This document shows positions 45,953-55,099 of a stretch of 64,000 nt of DNA, one piece after another. Made by a program: the position numbers and the translations under genes. Source of the stretch: Parcubacteria group bacterium. Lineage in GTDB: Bacteria; Patescibacteriota; Minisyncoccia; Moranbacterales; UBA11712. Each line of letters starts with the position of its first letter. Position 1 is the first letter of the stretch. The stretch covers positions 6,355 through 70,354 of the forward strand of contig JBAZXV010000004.1 in the NCBI GenBank assembly GCA_041659685.1, in the 5' to 3' direction. The notes beneath the pieces were generated by a model that was not told where the DNA came from, did not search any database, and worked only from the letters and a program-made list of their open reading frames with translations.

Positions 45953-45985
45953 AGCACTCTGGATATTCCGGAGTGCTCTTTTGTT
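45953..45985 (+). terminator. rho-independent terminator
   Basis: agcactc-tggatattccg-gagtgct + cttttgtttg. Confidence 0.65.
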
Positions 45986-46293
45986 TGACAAGCAACATTA
46001 TTTTATTAATACTTTCATTAAGTAAATAAAAGAAAAATAAAGGAAAGAGGGCTTATTATTATGGCTGCAGAACGAATATCGCCAGGATGTCGGAAAATGG
46101 CAAGTCCTTGGAGGGGCTTTTCGGTGCCGGCTAGAGAATTTCTGTATCCTTCAATCCCTGAACCAATGAAATCAATTGACGGTGAGCAAGCGATCAGGAA
46201 TGAGCGTTGCGACGGAAAAGGGAACATCGGTCAGCAGATTTCCCGCGGCGCGCCTGTTTTTGGCTGTTAACCTGTTTCTTTAAGGAGGAAGTC

Positions 46294-46641
46294 ATGACTA
46301 CAGATGGGATTGGCTGTTTGCTAGATAAGCTCAATCATTTCTTATCTCCGCAAATGCTTGAGGTGGTCAGAAACTTATCTAGCGATATGGCGGCGCTGCG
46401 CCGGCTTGAAAGACCCTTGGAGGGCGATGAAGCCGAACGGGCCAAATTGTTTCTTCGGGGAAACTTGAAAGACCTTGTCGGCTTGCTGAGGGACATTGAG
46501 GCCTCCCTCATCACGGGACTTCCCTCGGACAGGTGGGCGGGTGTCGGTTCCGGATCCTGCGAATCGGATTTGGAAGAAAAACCGCCATCCCTGATCGTTT
46601 TTGACGAGACCAAGGTTCCGAAGGACCTTGGCACAGCGTAG
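46294..46641 (+). CDS. hypothetical protein
   Basis: Strong RBS aaggagg 5 nt upstream; no family. Confidence 0.4.
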   Translation: MTTDGIGCLLDKLNHFLSPQMLEVVRNLSSDMAALRRLERPLEGDEAERAKLFLRGNLKDLVGLLRDIEASLITGLPSDRWAGVGSGSCESDLEEKPPSLIVFDETKVPKDLGTA

Positions 46642-46727
46642 ACGTAGAAAAAAAAGGGGAAAAATGAATAAATCAAAGGGCAGGCCGAAACAAAGTAAGC
46701 CTGCCCTTCTCCATTTCTGGCTGAAAA

Positions 46728-46988
46728 TTACTCCTGCAAATTCTTCTTTTTTTCTTCAAACTCTTGTTTATTGATCTCGCCTTTCGCATATCTTTCCTTT
46801 AGGATTGCCATTGAATTGTCGCGGTTCTCCCTTTTTTCGGGAACATGTCTGACACCGCTCGAAGAGGATCTTACCAGGAAAATTATTCCGATAATGACCA
46901 AAATCCAAAATATCACCATAATCAGGCCGCCGAGCCCGAATAATCCAAGTCCGTAATGTCCGTTGAATCCGTTCATGTAATAATGCAT
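46728..46988 (-). CDS. SHOCT-domain membrane protein
   Basis: TM helix followed by ILKERYAKGEINKQEFEEKKKNL (SHOCT motif). Confidence 0.7.
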   Translation of the reverse strand: MHYYMNGFNGHYGLGLFGLGGLIMVIFWILVIIGIIFLVRSSSSGVRHVPEKRENRDNSMAILKERYAKGEINKQEFEEKKKNLQE

Positions 46989-47239
46989 TTTTTTAGGTTA
47001 ATTGATTAATTCGCTTATTAATATTCATACGAAATTTAAGAGTCATATTTTTCAGCTGACTCCTTCATCGATTGGAATCGGGCGTTGAATAATGTGCGGA
47101 ATTGCCGCCGTAATTTTTGAAAGGCATCCATTTTTGCATCCGCCCGAGATGAAAAAATCAGGGCGGGGGCATAAAAAAATTCCCAAAGTTTCAATTTTTG
47201 GGAATCTTAGAAACTATACAAAATATTTTTATAATTTTT

Positions 47240-47851
47240 TTATTCCAAACAGCAGTCCACCGCTTTTCGGACGAGTTCGCCGAGCTTTCCCATAAAACCT
47301 TTGTTTGAGTTTTTCGAATCGATATTTTCGGATTTTTTGTCGGATCCGGAAGCGCTTTGGGGAGATATTTTTTCCTGGTCGTGAATATTGACGGCTCCCT
47401 GGTCTATTTTCTTTATGTCATCCGTATTGATCAGTTTCATGTTGAGGCCCCAAAAGAGGGAATAGAGGTCGTAGGCTTTCTCAAAAAGCTCTTGAGCCTC
47501 TTTTTTGTTTCCCATCCCCTGCTGTTTCGTGCCGACTTCCATGAGCCGCATTGAGGCGGCGAGAAGATGTTTCGATATGCACCAGACTTCGCCTTCATAT
47601 TCCTTGATAATTTTCCGCAGAAGATCTCCGCGCATTTTTCGAACTTCCTGAAGGAGGTCATAATATTCCGGTTTTCCGGTCTTGGCGCCTGTAAAAAAGA
47701 AATGTTCCTCAATGCTCACCAGATTCATTATCGCGATAGACAAATCCTGGTCGGATGAAAGATCCATCTTGTCTTGTTTTTTCATTTCATCGACTTTTTC
47801 AATCAGTTCGTTGATTCTTTTGAGTTTGTCGTCGTTTTTTTCTTCAGACAT
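47240..47851 (-). CDS. hypothetical cytoplasmic protein
   Basis: ~200 aa; small hairpins (acattcgatgt, tgttggga/tcctaaca) in its 5' region. Confidence 0.4.
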   Translation of the reverse strand: MSEEKNDDKLKRINELIEKVDEMKKQDKMDLSSDQDLSIAIMNLVSIEEHFFFTGAKTGKPEYYDLLQEVRKMRGDLLRKIIKEYEGEVWCISKHLLAASMRLMEVGTKQQGMGNKKEAQELFEKAYDLYSLFWGLNMKLINTDDIKKIDQGAVNIHDQEKISPQSASGSDKKSENIDSKNSNKGFMGKLGELVRKAVDCCLE

Positions 47852-47907
47852 TTGCAAATTTCTTAACATCAAATGTTGGGAGCGTCCTAACATTCGATGT
47901 CAGGTTT

Positions 47908-48429
47908 TTAACAGGTAAAATAAAGAATAAGGCTGGCAAATATGAGGAGGGAAATCGGGAAGGCCATCTTTTGGCCTTTGAAATACGAGATATTTCCGTT
48001 TCTTTTTTTGAGATAAATGTGAAGAAATGCTCCGCCGGAGAATAAGACGCTTCCCAAAATTATCCCAAAAAGAAGCTTGTCAAAGCCGCAAAACGTATTC
48101 AGCGGGTGGCCTATTTTCCCCTTGAGCCATAAGGGGAGGAGAATGATGGTATAATAGCCGGTAAAAACCAAAATCTTGCGTCCTTTGAATCGGATATTCT
48201 TCCCGCCGAGCCAGTTGATTGTCCAAACCGACATTGAAACAATCAGCGCGCCGATCCAAAGCCCGGAAATTGAATCGTCAATGCCGAAATATTCCGCCAA
48301 ACCGAGCCCTGCTCCGACTGCCACAGTGCAGACGGGGCAGACGGCGAACGCTGATTTGGCGATTAGCGCTGATAGCACAATACAGCTGGAAATTATGTAT
48401 TTTTTGTTTGGCATATTATATAAGCTCAA
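47908..48429 (-). CDS. polytopic membrane protein with a CPVC motif after TM1
   Basis: 173 aa; ~5 TM helices; CPVC directly after the first TM; divergent from the Cys-rich secreted-protein array. Confidence 0.45.
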   Translation of the reverse strand: MSLYNMPNKKYIISSCIVLSALIAKSAFAVCPVCTVAVGAGLGLAEYFGIDDSISGLWIGALIVSMSVWTINWLGGKNIRFKGRKILVFTGYYTIILLPLWLKGKIGHPLNTFCGFDKLLFGIILGSVLFSGGAFLHIYLKKRNGNISYFKGQKMAFPISLLIFASLILYFTC

Positions 48430-48526
48430 AACTCAAAGCTAAAAGCGCAAAACCAAAATTTAAAGTTAAAAGTTTTTAGTTTTTCGTTGTAGTTTTGCGT
48501 TTTTCATTTTACACTTTGCGCTTATT
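48422..48526. repeat. imperfect palindrome H6, homologous to H5 at 8277-8378
   Basis: aagctcaaaactcaaagctaaaagcgcaaaacc...cgttgtagttttgcg..acactttgcgcttatttc. Confidence 0.6.
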
Positions 48527-48707
48527 TCATTCTATCTCATTTCTCCAATTTTTAAAAGTACGGGTGCCGGGATTTTCAATCGGTCTCTTTTTCGGTTTTC
48601 TGGGCCTGTGGATAAGTCCGGCTCGGATTATTGTTTACGGACAGCAAATGTGTTACTATATTACTAGACTATTGGTCGTAATCGCTATAACAAACAAAAA
48701 TAAAAAA

Positions 48708-50000
48708 ATGATTAATTTAAAAAGAAAGAGGTTTTTTGCGTCAGGGCGAAAGTGGATTTTCACTTTGGCTCTTTTTGTTTTGGTCTTTGCGGCGGCGAGC
48801 ATTGTGAAAGTCAAAGCCGGAACGGAAAATAACGCTTCAGGATGGCTTTGGGGAGGGGGGACAGAATCGGATGGTTCTGCTCCGTATGACGGAACCAATT
48901 CTAATGTCCGCTGGATTAGCATGAACAGCGTAAACACTTCTTCGCCGGTTGATTATGGAGTCAATATTCCAGGCTCCGATGGTCCTGTTACCGGTTACGC
49001 TTGGAGCGGCGGAGATGATTCAGGCCCGGGGCTTGGCTGGATCGATTTCAATCCTCAGGATCATTGCACGACGGGCGCGCCGGGAGCCGGACAATACAAA
49101 GCCCTGAGTTGCGCATTGCCCGCTGGCAGCAGCGGCAGTCCTGGAGTATCCCGCTCCGGCGATAAATTGGTTGGATGGGCGAGAATCGTTGGGATTGCCC
49201 AAGAAAGCGCGAATAACAACAGCGGGGGTTGGTCAGGTTGGGTTCACATGAACGGCAATTATGGGGTTGATTTAGCGAAAATGGTCGGAGATACCGGACC
49301 CAAACCCTTGGCGGAAATGACTTTTGCCACGGCGGGAGGCGATGAACTAGGATGGATTGATTTTTCCGGGGCGAAATACACCCCTGTGTGTTCTGTTGCG
49401 TCAGTCACTCCCACGCCGCCGGTCTATCTCAAGGAACCTGCAAACAAATGTCAGCCTGTTACCGTCACACTGAAAGATGTTTCAGAGAGCAAAACGATCA
49501 ATTTTGCCGTCGATCCCGCCGGAGTAGTGAAGCTTTCCAAAAACTCTGACTGTTCGAGTCCGTCAGATGGATTTTCATTGGCCATACCGGATAACAATCC
49601 TCACAAAGTATATGTTTCTGCCAACAATTTTTCTTCCGATGCTACTGCTGATGTGGAGATAAGCGGTGACTGCGGAAGCTCAACAGAGGAAGTTCGGGTG
49701 ATAAAAACGCCTGCCTGCACGCTGAACTGTCCGAGTGAAATAACGCTTTCTACCAGCGAAACTAAATCCGTCAAATCAGAAATTTCCGCATCGGGTGATT
49801 CGGAATGCGCATCTCTTGTGACCTGTTCTGAATCAGGCACTGACTCCGAGGGAAATATCGATGTCAGCAGTAGTTGCGATGTGTCGGAAACAGGAAATCT
49901 CAGGTATGGATCTTCTGAGCTGAAAGCAACTGCCGGGTCCGGATCGTGCACTTCGCCAATAAGCATCAAGGGTCTGGGTTGGATCGAAACGAACCCGTAA
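48708..50000 (+). CDS. large secreted GW-repeat, Cys-rich protein ending in GLGWIETNP
   Basis: N-terminal TM (MINLKRKRFFASGRKWIFTLALFVLVFAAA); repeated motifs SGWLWGGG, GYAWSGGDDSGPGLGWIDFN, ELGWIDFSG; C-terminal GWIETNP shared with 55100-56173. The track start 48495 lies inside H6, so the ATG at 48708 is preferred. Confidence 0.6.
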   Translation: MINLKRKRFFASGRKWIFTLALFVLVFAAASIVKVKAGTENNASGWLWGGGTESDGSAPYDGTNSNVRWISMNSVNTSSPVDYGVNIPGSDGPVTGYAWSGGDDSGPGLGWIDFNPQDHCTTGAPGAGQYKALSCALPAGSSGSPGVSRSGDKLVGWARIVGIAQESANNNSGGWSGWVHMNGNYGVDLAKMVGDTGPKPLAEMTFATAGGDELGWIDFSGAKYTPVCSVASVTPTPPVYLKEPANKCQPVTVTLKDVSESKTINFAVDPAGVVKLSKNSDCSSPSDGFSLAIPDNNPHKVYVSANNFSSDATADVEISGDCGSSTEEVRVIKTPACTLNCPSEITLSTSETKSVKSEISASGDSECASLVTCSESGTDSEGNIDVSSSCDVSETGNLRYGSSELKATAGSGSCTSPISIKGLGWIETNP

Positions 50001-50056
50001 TTCGGTATTTTGTATCTAGCACGTAGTGTTTCATATAAATTTTGATTTTTCACTAA

Positions 50057-50542
50057 ATGAATCAAAAAACCAAAAAAAACCTCACCCACTGGCTTTCCGT
50101 GATTGTCATTGGAATTGCCTTGGGTTTCGCAATCCAGTTCGTGAAGGCCTGGACCGAACCGAGCGCGACGCCCCCCAACGGAAATCTCGGCGCGCCGATC
50201 AATACGGGAGCACAAAATCAGACCAAATCCGGTGGGATTACAGCTTCTACTCTATCTGCGACGACCGTGACAGGAACAACCCAGCTTTGCATAGGGACGG
50301 ATTGTCGCACTTCCTGGCCAAGCGGATCATCAACCACAACTACGGCAACTACAACCACACCTCCGGCTCCGACAATATACCAATGTCCGGATGACTTTTG
50401 CGCCAGAAGTTGTGGTGGCTCGTGTCTGGGACAAGTTAGTTCTTCATCGACGTGTGGAAGCTATTGGTGCTCGTATGATGGTGTTTGCGGCGGCGGCGGC
50501 GTTGGTGAGGCTCCCCCCACGAGGTCTTGTACGCCGATATAA
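50057..50542 (+). CDS. family A protein A1 (signal anchor + AWTEPSATPPNGNLGAPINTG module + Thr-rich linker + Cys-rich C-terminus)
   Basis: MNQKTKKNLTHWLSVIVIGIALGFAIQFVKAWTEPSATPPNGNLGAPINTG; 10 Cys in the C-terminal 70 aa. Confidence 0.6.
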   Translation: MNQKTKKNLTHWLSVIVIGIALGFAIQFVKAWTEPSATPPNGNLGAPINTGAQNQTKSGGITASTLSATTVTGTTQLCIGTDCRTSWPSGSSTTTTATTTTPPAPTIYQCPDDFCARSCGGSCLGQVSSSSTCGSYWCSYDGVCGGGGVGEAPPTRSCTPI

Positions 50543-50588
50543 TCTGCCTTTCAATTGATTAATAATACAAATTAACTCATAGACAAAT

Positions 50589-51059
50589 ATGAACAATTTT
50601 GAAAAATTCACCCTCGGCGCCATCAGTGTTTTGTTTGTGATCGTGATCTTTTTCGGCATCGTTCTCTTCCGCCAGCAAGAATACATCAGCGCTATCTCGC
50701 CCAATGCAGTAAGCAACACTTTACTTTCATCGAAGAAAAAAAATCCTCCAAAAGTGCTTCAGATTTTTCCCGCAACAATTGAAAGTATCTCCGGAAATAA
50801 AATTACGGTTGATATAAAGTTGCCTGACTACTCAAAACCTCAAAATCCGGGCGGGGGAAGTGTTAGCTTTATTGACAAAAAGATAACGGTGAATACAAAC
50901 AGCAAGACTGTTTTTAATAAGAGAGCGCTCGCCGATTTGAAAGAAGGGGATGCGATCTCTGTCTCTTCCTATGATCCATGGCAGACAGCGGACGCTGTCG
51001 CGGCGGAAAATGTTGCCTATGTGGCGCAATTTTCTTCTTCGCAAAACGCTCCCAAATAA
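50589..51059 (+). CDS. family B protein B1 (bitopic, DUF5666-like 'DLKxGD' beta domain)
   Basis: N-terminal TM; ADLKEGDAISVSS resembles the B-family motif NDLKVGDDVNVYS. Confidence 0.5.
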   Translation: MNNFEKFTLGAISVLFVIVIFFGIVLFRQQEYISAISPNAVSNTLLSSKKKNPPKVLQIFPATIESISGNKITVDIKLPDYSKPQNPGGGSVSFIDKKITVNTNSKTVFNKRALADLKEGDAISVSSYDPWQTADAVAAENVAYVAQFSSSQNAPK

Positions 51060-51113
51060 TATTTTTTAAGGTTGAATCTTGGCGAGAAAAATAAAATCTT
51101 AAAGTTGATGTTT

Positions 51114-51656
51114 ATGACCAAAAAAAACCTCATCCACTGGCTCTCCGTGATTGTCATCGGAATCGCTCTGGGCTTTGCCATCCAGTTCGTGAAAGCTTGG
51201 ACTGAACCGAGCGCGACGCCCCCCAACGGAAATCTCGGCGCGCCGATCAATACAAGTATCAATGATCAAGTCAAGGGAAACGCAACACAGGGAAAAATTT
51301 CGGCAAAGGATTTTTGTCTCAACAGCGATCCGACGAAATGCTTGAGTACTGTGGGCGGTGGCTTTGGGGGCACTCCGAGCGGAACGATTGATGGAAGAAT
51401 CAGCACCTTAATATGGAGCGGTGGGGCGACAGCAGGTTTATCTAACAGCTGCACAGATGAACCCCCGGGATTCTGTCGGGGACTAACTCCGATGTGTGAA
51501 GGCGGTTGGACGGTGAAGCAAATAGGATGGGATAGTAGTGGTGGAGATAATCTGCCCTATTGTGATCATATTCCGGGTCTTGGTGTTTGCGATTGGGGCG
51601 GCCCTTCAGGCTGGGTTGGCTATACCGCTTATACCTATACCTGCGTCAAAGACTAA
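51114..51656 (+). CDS. family A protein A2
   Basis: MTKKNLIHWLSVIVIGIALGFAIQFVKAWTEPSATPPNGNLGAPINTS; the N-module is nearly identical to A1 at nucleotide level; a different Cys/Gly-rich C-terminus. Confidence 0.6.
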   Translation: MTKKNLIHWLSVIVIGIALGFAIQFVKAWTEPSATPPNGNLGAPINTSINDQVKGNATQGKISAKDFCLNSDPTKCLSTVGGGFGGTPSGTIDGRISTLIWSGGATAGLSNSCTDEPPGFCRGLTPMCEGGWTVKQIGWDSSGGDNLPYCDHIPGLGVCDWGGPSGWVGYTAYTYTCVKD

Positions 51657-51672
51657 ACACTAAAACAAAATT

Positions 51673-52176
51673 ATGAATCTTCCGGAAAATCAAGGATTCT
51701 TCTCGAAATCAAATGTAATCGCGGTTGTCGTTGCTCTTTTCGTGGGGTTGATTATCGGAAGTCTTGTTTTGGGGGTATATTTCAACCGCAAATTTGACCA
51801 ACTCAAAATCCAGCTGGTTGAACAAAAAAATGGGACTCAAAAAAGCGGATCAGCGGCGAATCCTTCAAGCGCAACGAAAGAACAATTTATAGGAGGAACC
51901 ATTGAAAAAATCGATGGGAGCACTCTTACTCTCAATTCCATTAGCGAGAAAAAGATTTATACAATCAAAGTCACGAATAATACCAAGGTAACCAAAAGAG
52001 AATTTTCGAAAGATACTTCTCCAAAAGATACCGGCGCCAGTCTTTTGGATCTCAAAGTGAAGGGCAGCGTGGCTATCGGCACATTTGAAAATTTGAGAGA
52101 TAAAACTGAATTCACGGCTGATGATATTTTCATCCAACTGTTTGATAATCCGACTTCCCAGGTTACGCCGAAATAA
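51673..52176 (+). CDS. family B protein B2
   Basis: N-terminal TM; LLDLKVKGSVAIGTF and TEFTADDIFIQ motifs. Confidence 0.5.
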   Translation: MNLPENQGFFSKSNVIAVVVALFVGLIIGSLVLGVYFNRKFDQLKIQLVEQKNGTQKSGSAANPSSATKEQFIGGTIEKIDGSTLTLNSISEKKIYTIKVTNNTKVTKREFSKDTSPKDTGASLLDLKVKGSVAIGTFENLRDKTEFTADDIFIQLFDNPTSQVTPK

Positions 52177-52316
52177 TTGATATCCTAAAGTATTTTAAAT
52201 AGATTTGCAAAAAAATAGCCTCAAAAGGGCTATTTTTTCTTGGATTTTGGTTTTGAGGTGGTTTTGAGGCATTTGGTGCCCCCGCACTAAATTTTCACAA
52301 GATGCGGGCAGATAGA

Positions 52317-52502
52317 TTATTTTTTCTTAGACTTTGACTTGGATTTGGTTTTGAGGCATTTGGTGCAGATTTTCAGATTTTTCCCGTCGATTTTTTTGGA
52401 TTGAAGGTTAATCGCCATAACTCTTTTTGTGGCGATATTGGAATGGGAGCGTTTTTGCGCGGACTTAGGACCGCGACCGCAGACTTGGCAAACTCTGGAC
52501 AT
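52317..52502 (-). CDS. rpmB: 50S ribosomal protein L28
   Basis: MSRVCQVCGRGPKSAQKRSHSNIATKRVMAINLQ is a classic L28; the track ORF is 18 codons longer, so the ATG at 52502 is preferred. Confidence 0.85.
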   Translation of the reverse strand: MSRVCQVCGRGPKSAQKRSHSNIATKRVMAINLQSKKIDGKNLKICTKCLKTKSKSKSKKK

Positions 52503-52505
52503 ATT

Positions 52506-52640
52506 TATTGACAGATTAAACGCAGAATTTGGACAGATTTTACGCAGATGACGCAAATTTGAATAAATCTGTGTTATCTGTGTTTAATCTTTGGCAAAAA
52601 TCTGTGTAAAATTTGTGCGTTCAGTTGCTTAATTAACCTA
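52506..52640. repeat. second copy of the cgcagatt/acgcagat/atctgtgt element (cf. 170-262)
   Basis: cagattaaacgcagaatttggacagattttacgcagatgacgcaaatttgaataaatctgtgttatctgtgtttaat...aaaatctgtgtaaaatttgtgcg. Confidence 0.5.
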
Positions 52641-52749
52641 TTCAGGGTAACATAAGAAAAGATTTTTTACAAGATTAGAGTATTAATTATCTAGGGCGAA
52701 GATAATAATTTCAGCAGTTGGTGCATGTTGAAGCTTGTGAAATAAAAAT

Positions 52750-53379
52750 ATGTTGACGTTTATCATAATAGTAATTGTATTCATATATTCCGTGATAATT
52801 CATGAGGTTTCTCACGGACTTGCAGCTCTTTGGCTTGGTGATCCGACCGCCAAATATATGGGTCGGCTGACGCTCAATCCAATCAGCCATGTCGATCCAA
52901 TCGGCTCGATTCTGGTTCCTCTTATCACTTTTTTTGCCGGCGGATTCATCTTCGGCTGGGCGAAACCTGTCCCGTATAATCCCTATAACCTGCGCGACCA
53001 AAAATACGGGCCGGCTCTTGTCGGTGCGGCAGGGCCGGTTTCAAACATACTTATTGCGTTGGTGTTCGGTTTTGTCCTCCGGGTTTTTCTTGTGACAGGC
53101 CAGGTTTCGGTTTCCGAAAGCGGGGTTATTTTTTCCGTTTTTTCCTATGCAATTTTAATCAATGTGCTTCTCGCTTTTTTCAATCTCATTCCTTTTCCGC
53201 CTCTTGACGGTTCAAAACTTCTTTTTGCCATTCTTCCAATCCGCGAGGAAACAAAGATGCAACTTGAACAATTCGGTCTGATTTTTCTTTTTATCCTCAT
53301 CTACGCCCTTTCGGGGCCAATCAGTATATTTCTTCATTTTATTCAGAGCTTTTTTTTCCGAGTCGTGGTCGGGATATAG
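52750..53379 (+). CDS. M50-family site-2 protease-like membrane metalloprotease
   Basis: HExxH in TM (VIIHEVSHGLAALWLGD); multi-TM; ~209 aa. Confidence 0.8.
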   Translation: MLTFIIIVIVFIYSVIIHEVSHGLAALWLGDPTAKYMGRLTLNPISHVDPIGSILVPLITFFAGGFIFGWAKPVPYNPYNLRDQKYGPALVGAAGPVSNILIALVFGFVLRVFLVTGQVSVSESGVIFSVFSYAILINVLLAFFNLIPFPPLDGSKLLFAILPIREETKMQLEQFGLIFLFILIYALSGPISIFLHFIQSFFFRVVVGI

Positions 53380-53545
53380 AACAGCGGGTCAGTTTCGGGA
53401 TATTGGCATCTATTTTTTAGTTATGGTATAATCATTGCAGATTGAAATCTTGAAATGGGGAAAAAAACAAAAAAATTGAAAAAGGGGTGTTTCCTGGTTT
53501 TTAATATCGGCGGTGTTTAACGCGCCGCTTTTTAATTGCAAAAAA

Positions 53546-54220
53546 ATGAAGAAAAAAACAAAGAATAACAGAGTGAGTCTTCGCCCAATTTTTTGGCTGG
53601 GAGTCTTGACGTTGGGATTATTGATTGGTATCTCCATTCAATTCACTCGCGCCTGGGTTGAGCCTTCTGCAACCGCGCCGGACGGGAATGTCGCCGCGCC
53701 AATAAATACGGGAGCGAACGAACAAGTGAAAACAGGAACGGCTTCTCAAAAAGCGGATATTTGCGTTGACGCTCACGGCACCGGAGACAAGAAATGTCTC
53801 AGCGACCTGGTGAGTTTCCCGGCCTGCACCCTTGCGGGAGGAATCCCGTCAACCGTCGGTTCCGCAACCATCTGTAAATTTGCCGGCGCGTCCTGTCCTT
53901 CGGGATGGAGCCAATATTTGAATTATACCGAAACAACCGCCAATACCTGCACGGGAGCGGGAAATTGCGCAACGAGTGTTACTACCGGACATCACGCGTT
54001 TGCGAATATAGATCCGGCAACCGAAGCGGGAACTTATCAAGACTGCACCTCTTCTTGGAATTCTTGTTGCTATACGACCTACAGTTGTCCTCCGGGAGTA
54101 TGGCACCCAATCGGAAGCTGGTGCGGGGCGTCGCCGGAATGCCATGGGTGCGGAGGCACTTCCTCCACACTAAAAACCTGCATGCCGAACATAAATTTTG
54201 TCGGGTGCACATCCAATTAA
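53546..54220 (+). CDS. family A protein A3
   Basis: ISIQFTRAWVEPSATAPDGNVAAPINTGANEQVKTG + conserved core DLVSFPACTLAGGIPSTVGSATICKFAGASCPSGWSQYLNYTETT..NIDPATEA shared with A4 and A5. Confidence 0.6.
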   Translation: MKKKTKNNRVSLRPIFWLGVLTLGLLIGISIQFTRAWVEPSATAPDGNVAAPINTGANEQVKTGTASQKADICVDAHGTGDKKCLSDLVSFPACTLAGGIPSTVGSATICKFAGASCPSGWSQYLNYTETTANTCTGAGNCATSVTTGHHAFANIDPATEAGTYQDCTSSWNSCCYTTYSCPPGVWHPIGSWCGASPECHGCGGTSSTLKTCMPNINFVGCTSN

Positions 54221-54237
54221 TTTTCAAAATTAAGATT

Positions 54238-55068
54238 ATGGAAAACAAAACAAAAAATATACTGATTGTGGCTTTGACCGTATTAATTATTGGTTTTTTA
54301 TTATACCAGCAAATAGCAATAGGAAAATTAAGCAAGGCGATAAAAGAAATCAGCAAATCGTCTAATAGTGCAAACCAGGATGACAATTCCAAAGGGAATC
54401 AGTTCATGGAGAAGGCTGTTAAAAGCACCATAGAGAACGGAACAAAAGACTTTACCGGGACAATTGTTTCGAAGGGGGAGAATTCGTTGAATATTGAGGG
54501 AAGTGTAGTTGACCTTTCAAAAATTTCGAATCTCTCGAAAGACGAACTTGAGCAAAGCGATAAATTGCCTAAAAACAAAAAACAATTCATCGTGAATGTG
54601 AATGAGAAAACCGAAATGCCAGTGGGACTGGGAACTCTGAAAATTGGCGATAATGTTCATGTTTTTTCAGAGGAATCTGTTTATGGTTCTGGCGCTGTTG
54701 TCGCTTCGAAAGTCTGGCTTCTGCCTGACTCAAAAGCCCTTAGCTCCAATACCGGAAATTATTTTGATACAGTTGAAAATATCGGCGGCGCGATAAAAGA
54801 AATCGGAAATAATTATTATGTAATCGAAGTTCAGTGGATCGACTATCCCAAAGATGGCAGCGCGGGAAATGTTGATCTGGCATCCGCGCCAAAAATAGTA
54901 AAAACATATAAAGTGTTAATAAACGACAAAACCGTTTTTTCAAAAAAAGGCAGGAATGACCTCAAAGTTGGTGACGATGTTAATGTTTATTCAGACAAAC
55001 CAGTCTTCTCTCTGGCTGAATTCACGGCGACAAAAATTGAAGAGTCGGTCCAGCCGCCCAAAGAATAA
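54238..55068 (+). CDS. family B protein B3 (two DUF5666-like repeats)
   Basis: MENKTKNILIVALTVLIIGFLLYQQ TM; LKIGDNVHVFSEE and NDLKVGDDVNVYS..FSLAEFTATKIEE. Confidence 0.55.
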   Translation: MENKTKNILIVALTVLIIGFLLYQQIAIGKLSKAIKEISKSSNSANQDDNSKGNQFMEKAVKSTIENGTKDFTGTIVSKGENSLNIEGSVVDLSKISNLSKDELEQSDKLPKNKKQFIVNVNEKTEMPVGLGTLKIGDNVHVFSEESVYGSGAVVASKVWLLPDSKALSSNTGNYFDTVENIGGAIKEIGNNYYVIEVQWIDYPKDGSAGNVDLASAPKIVKTYKVLINDKTVFSKKGRNDLKVGDDVNVYSDKPVFSLAEFTATKIEESVQPPKE

Positions 55069-55099
55069 AACCGGGTTATAGATTTTTTAAACATACTCT

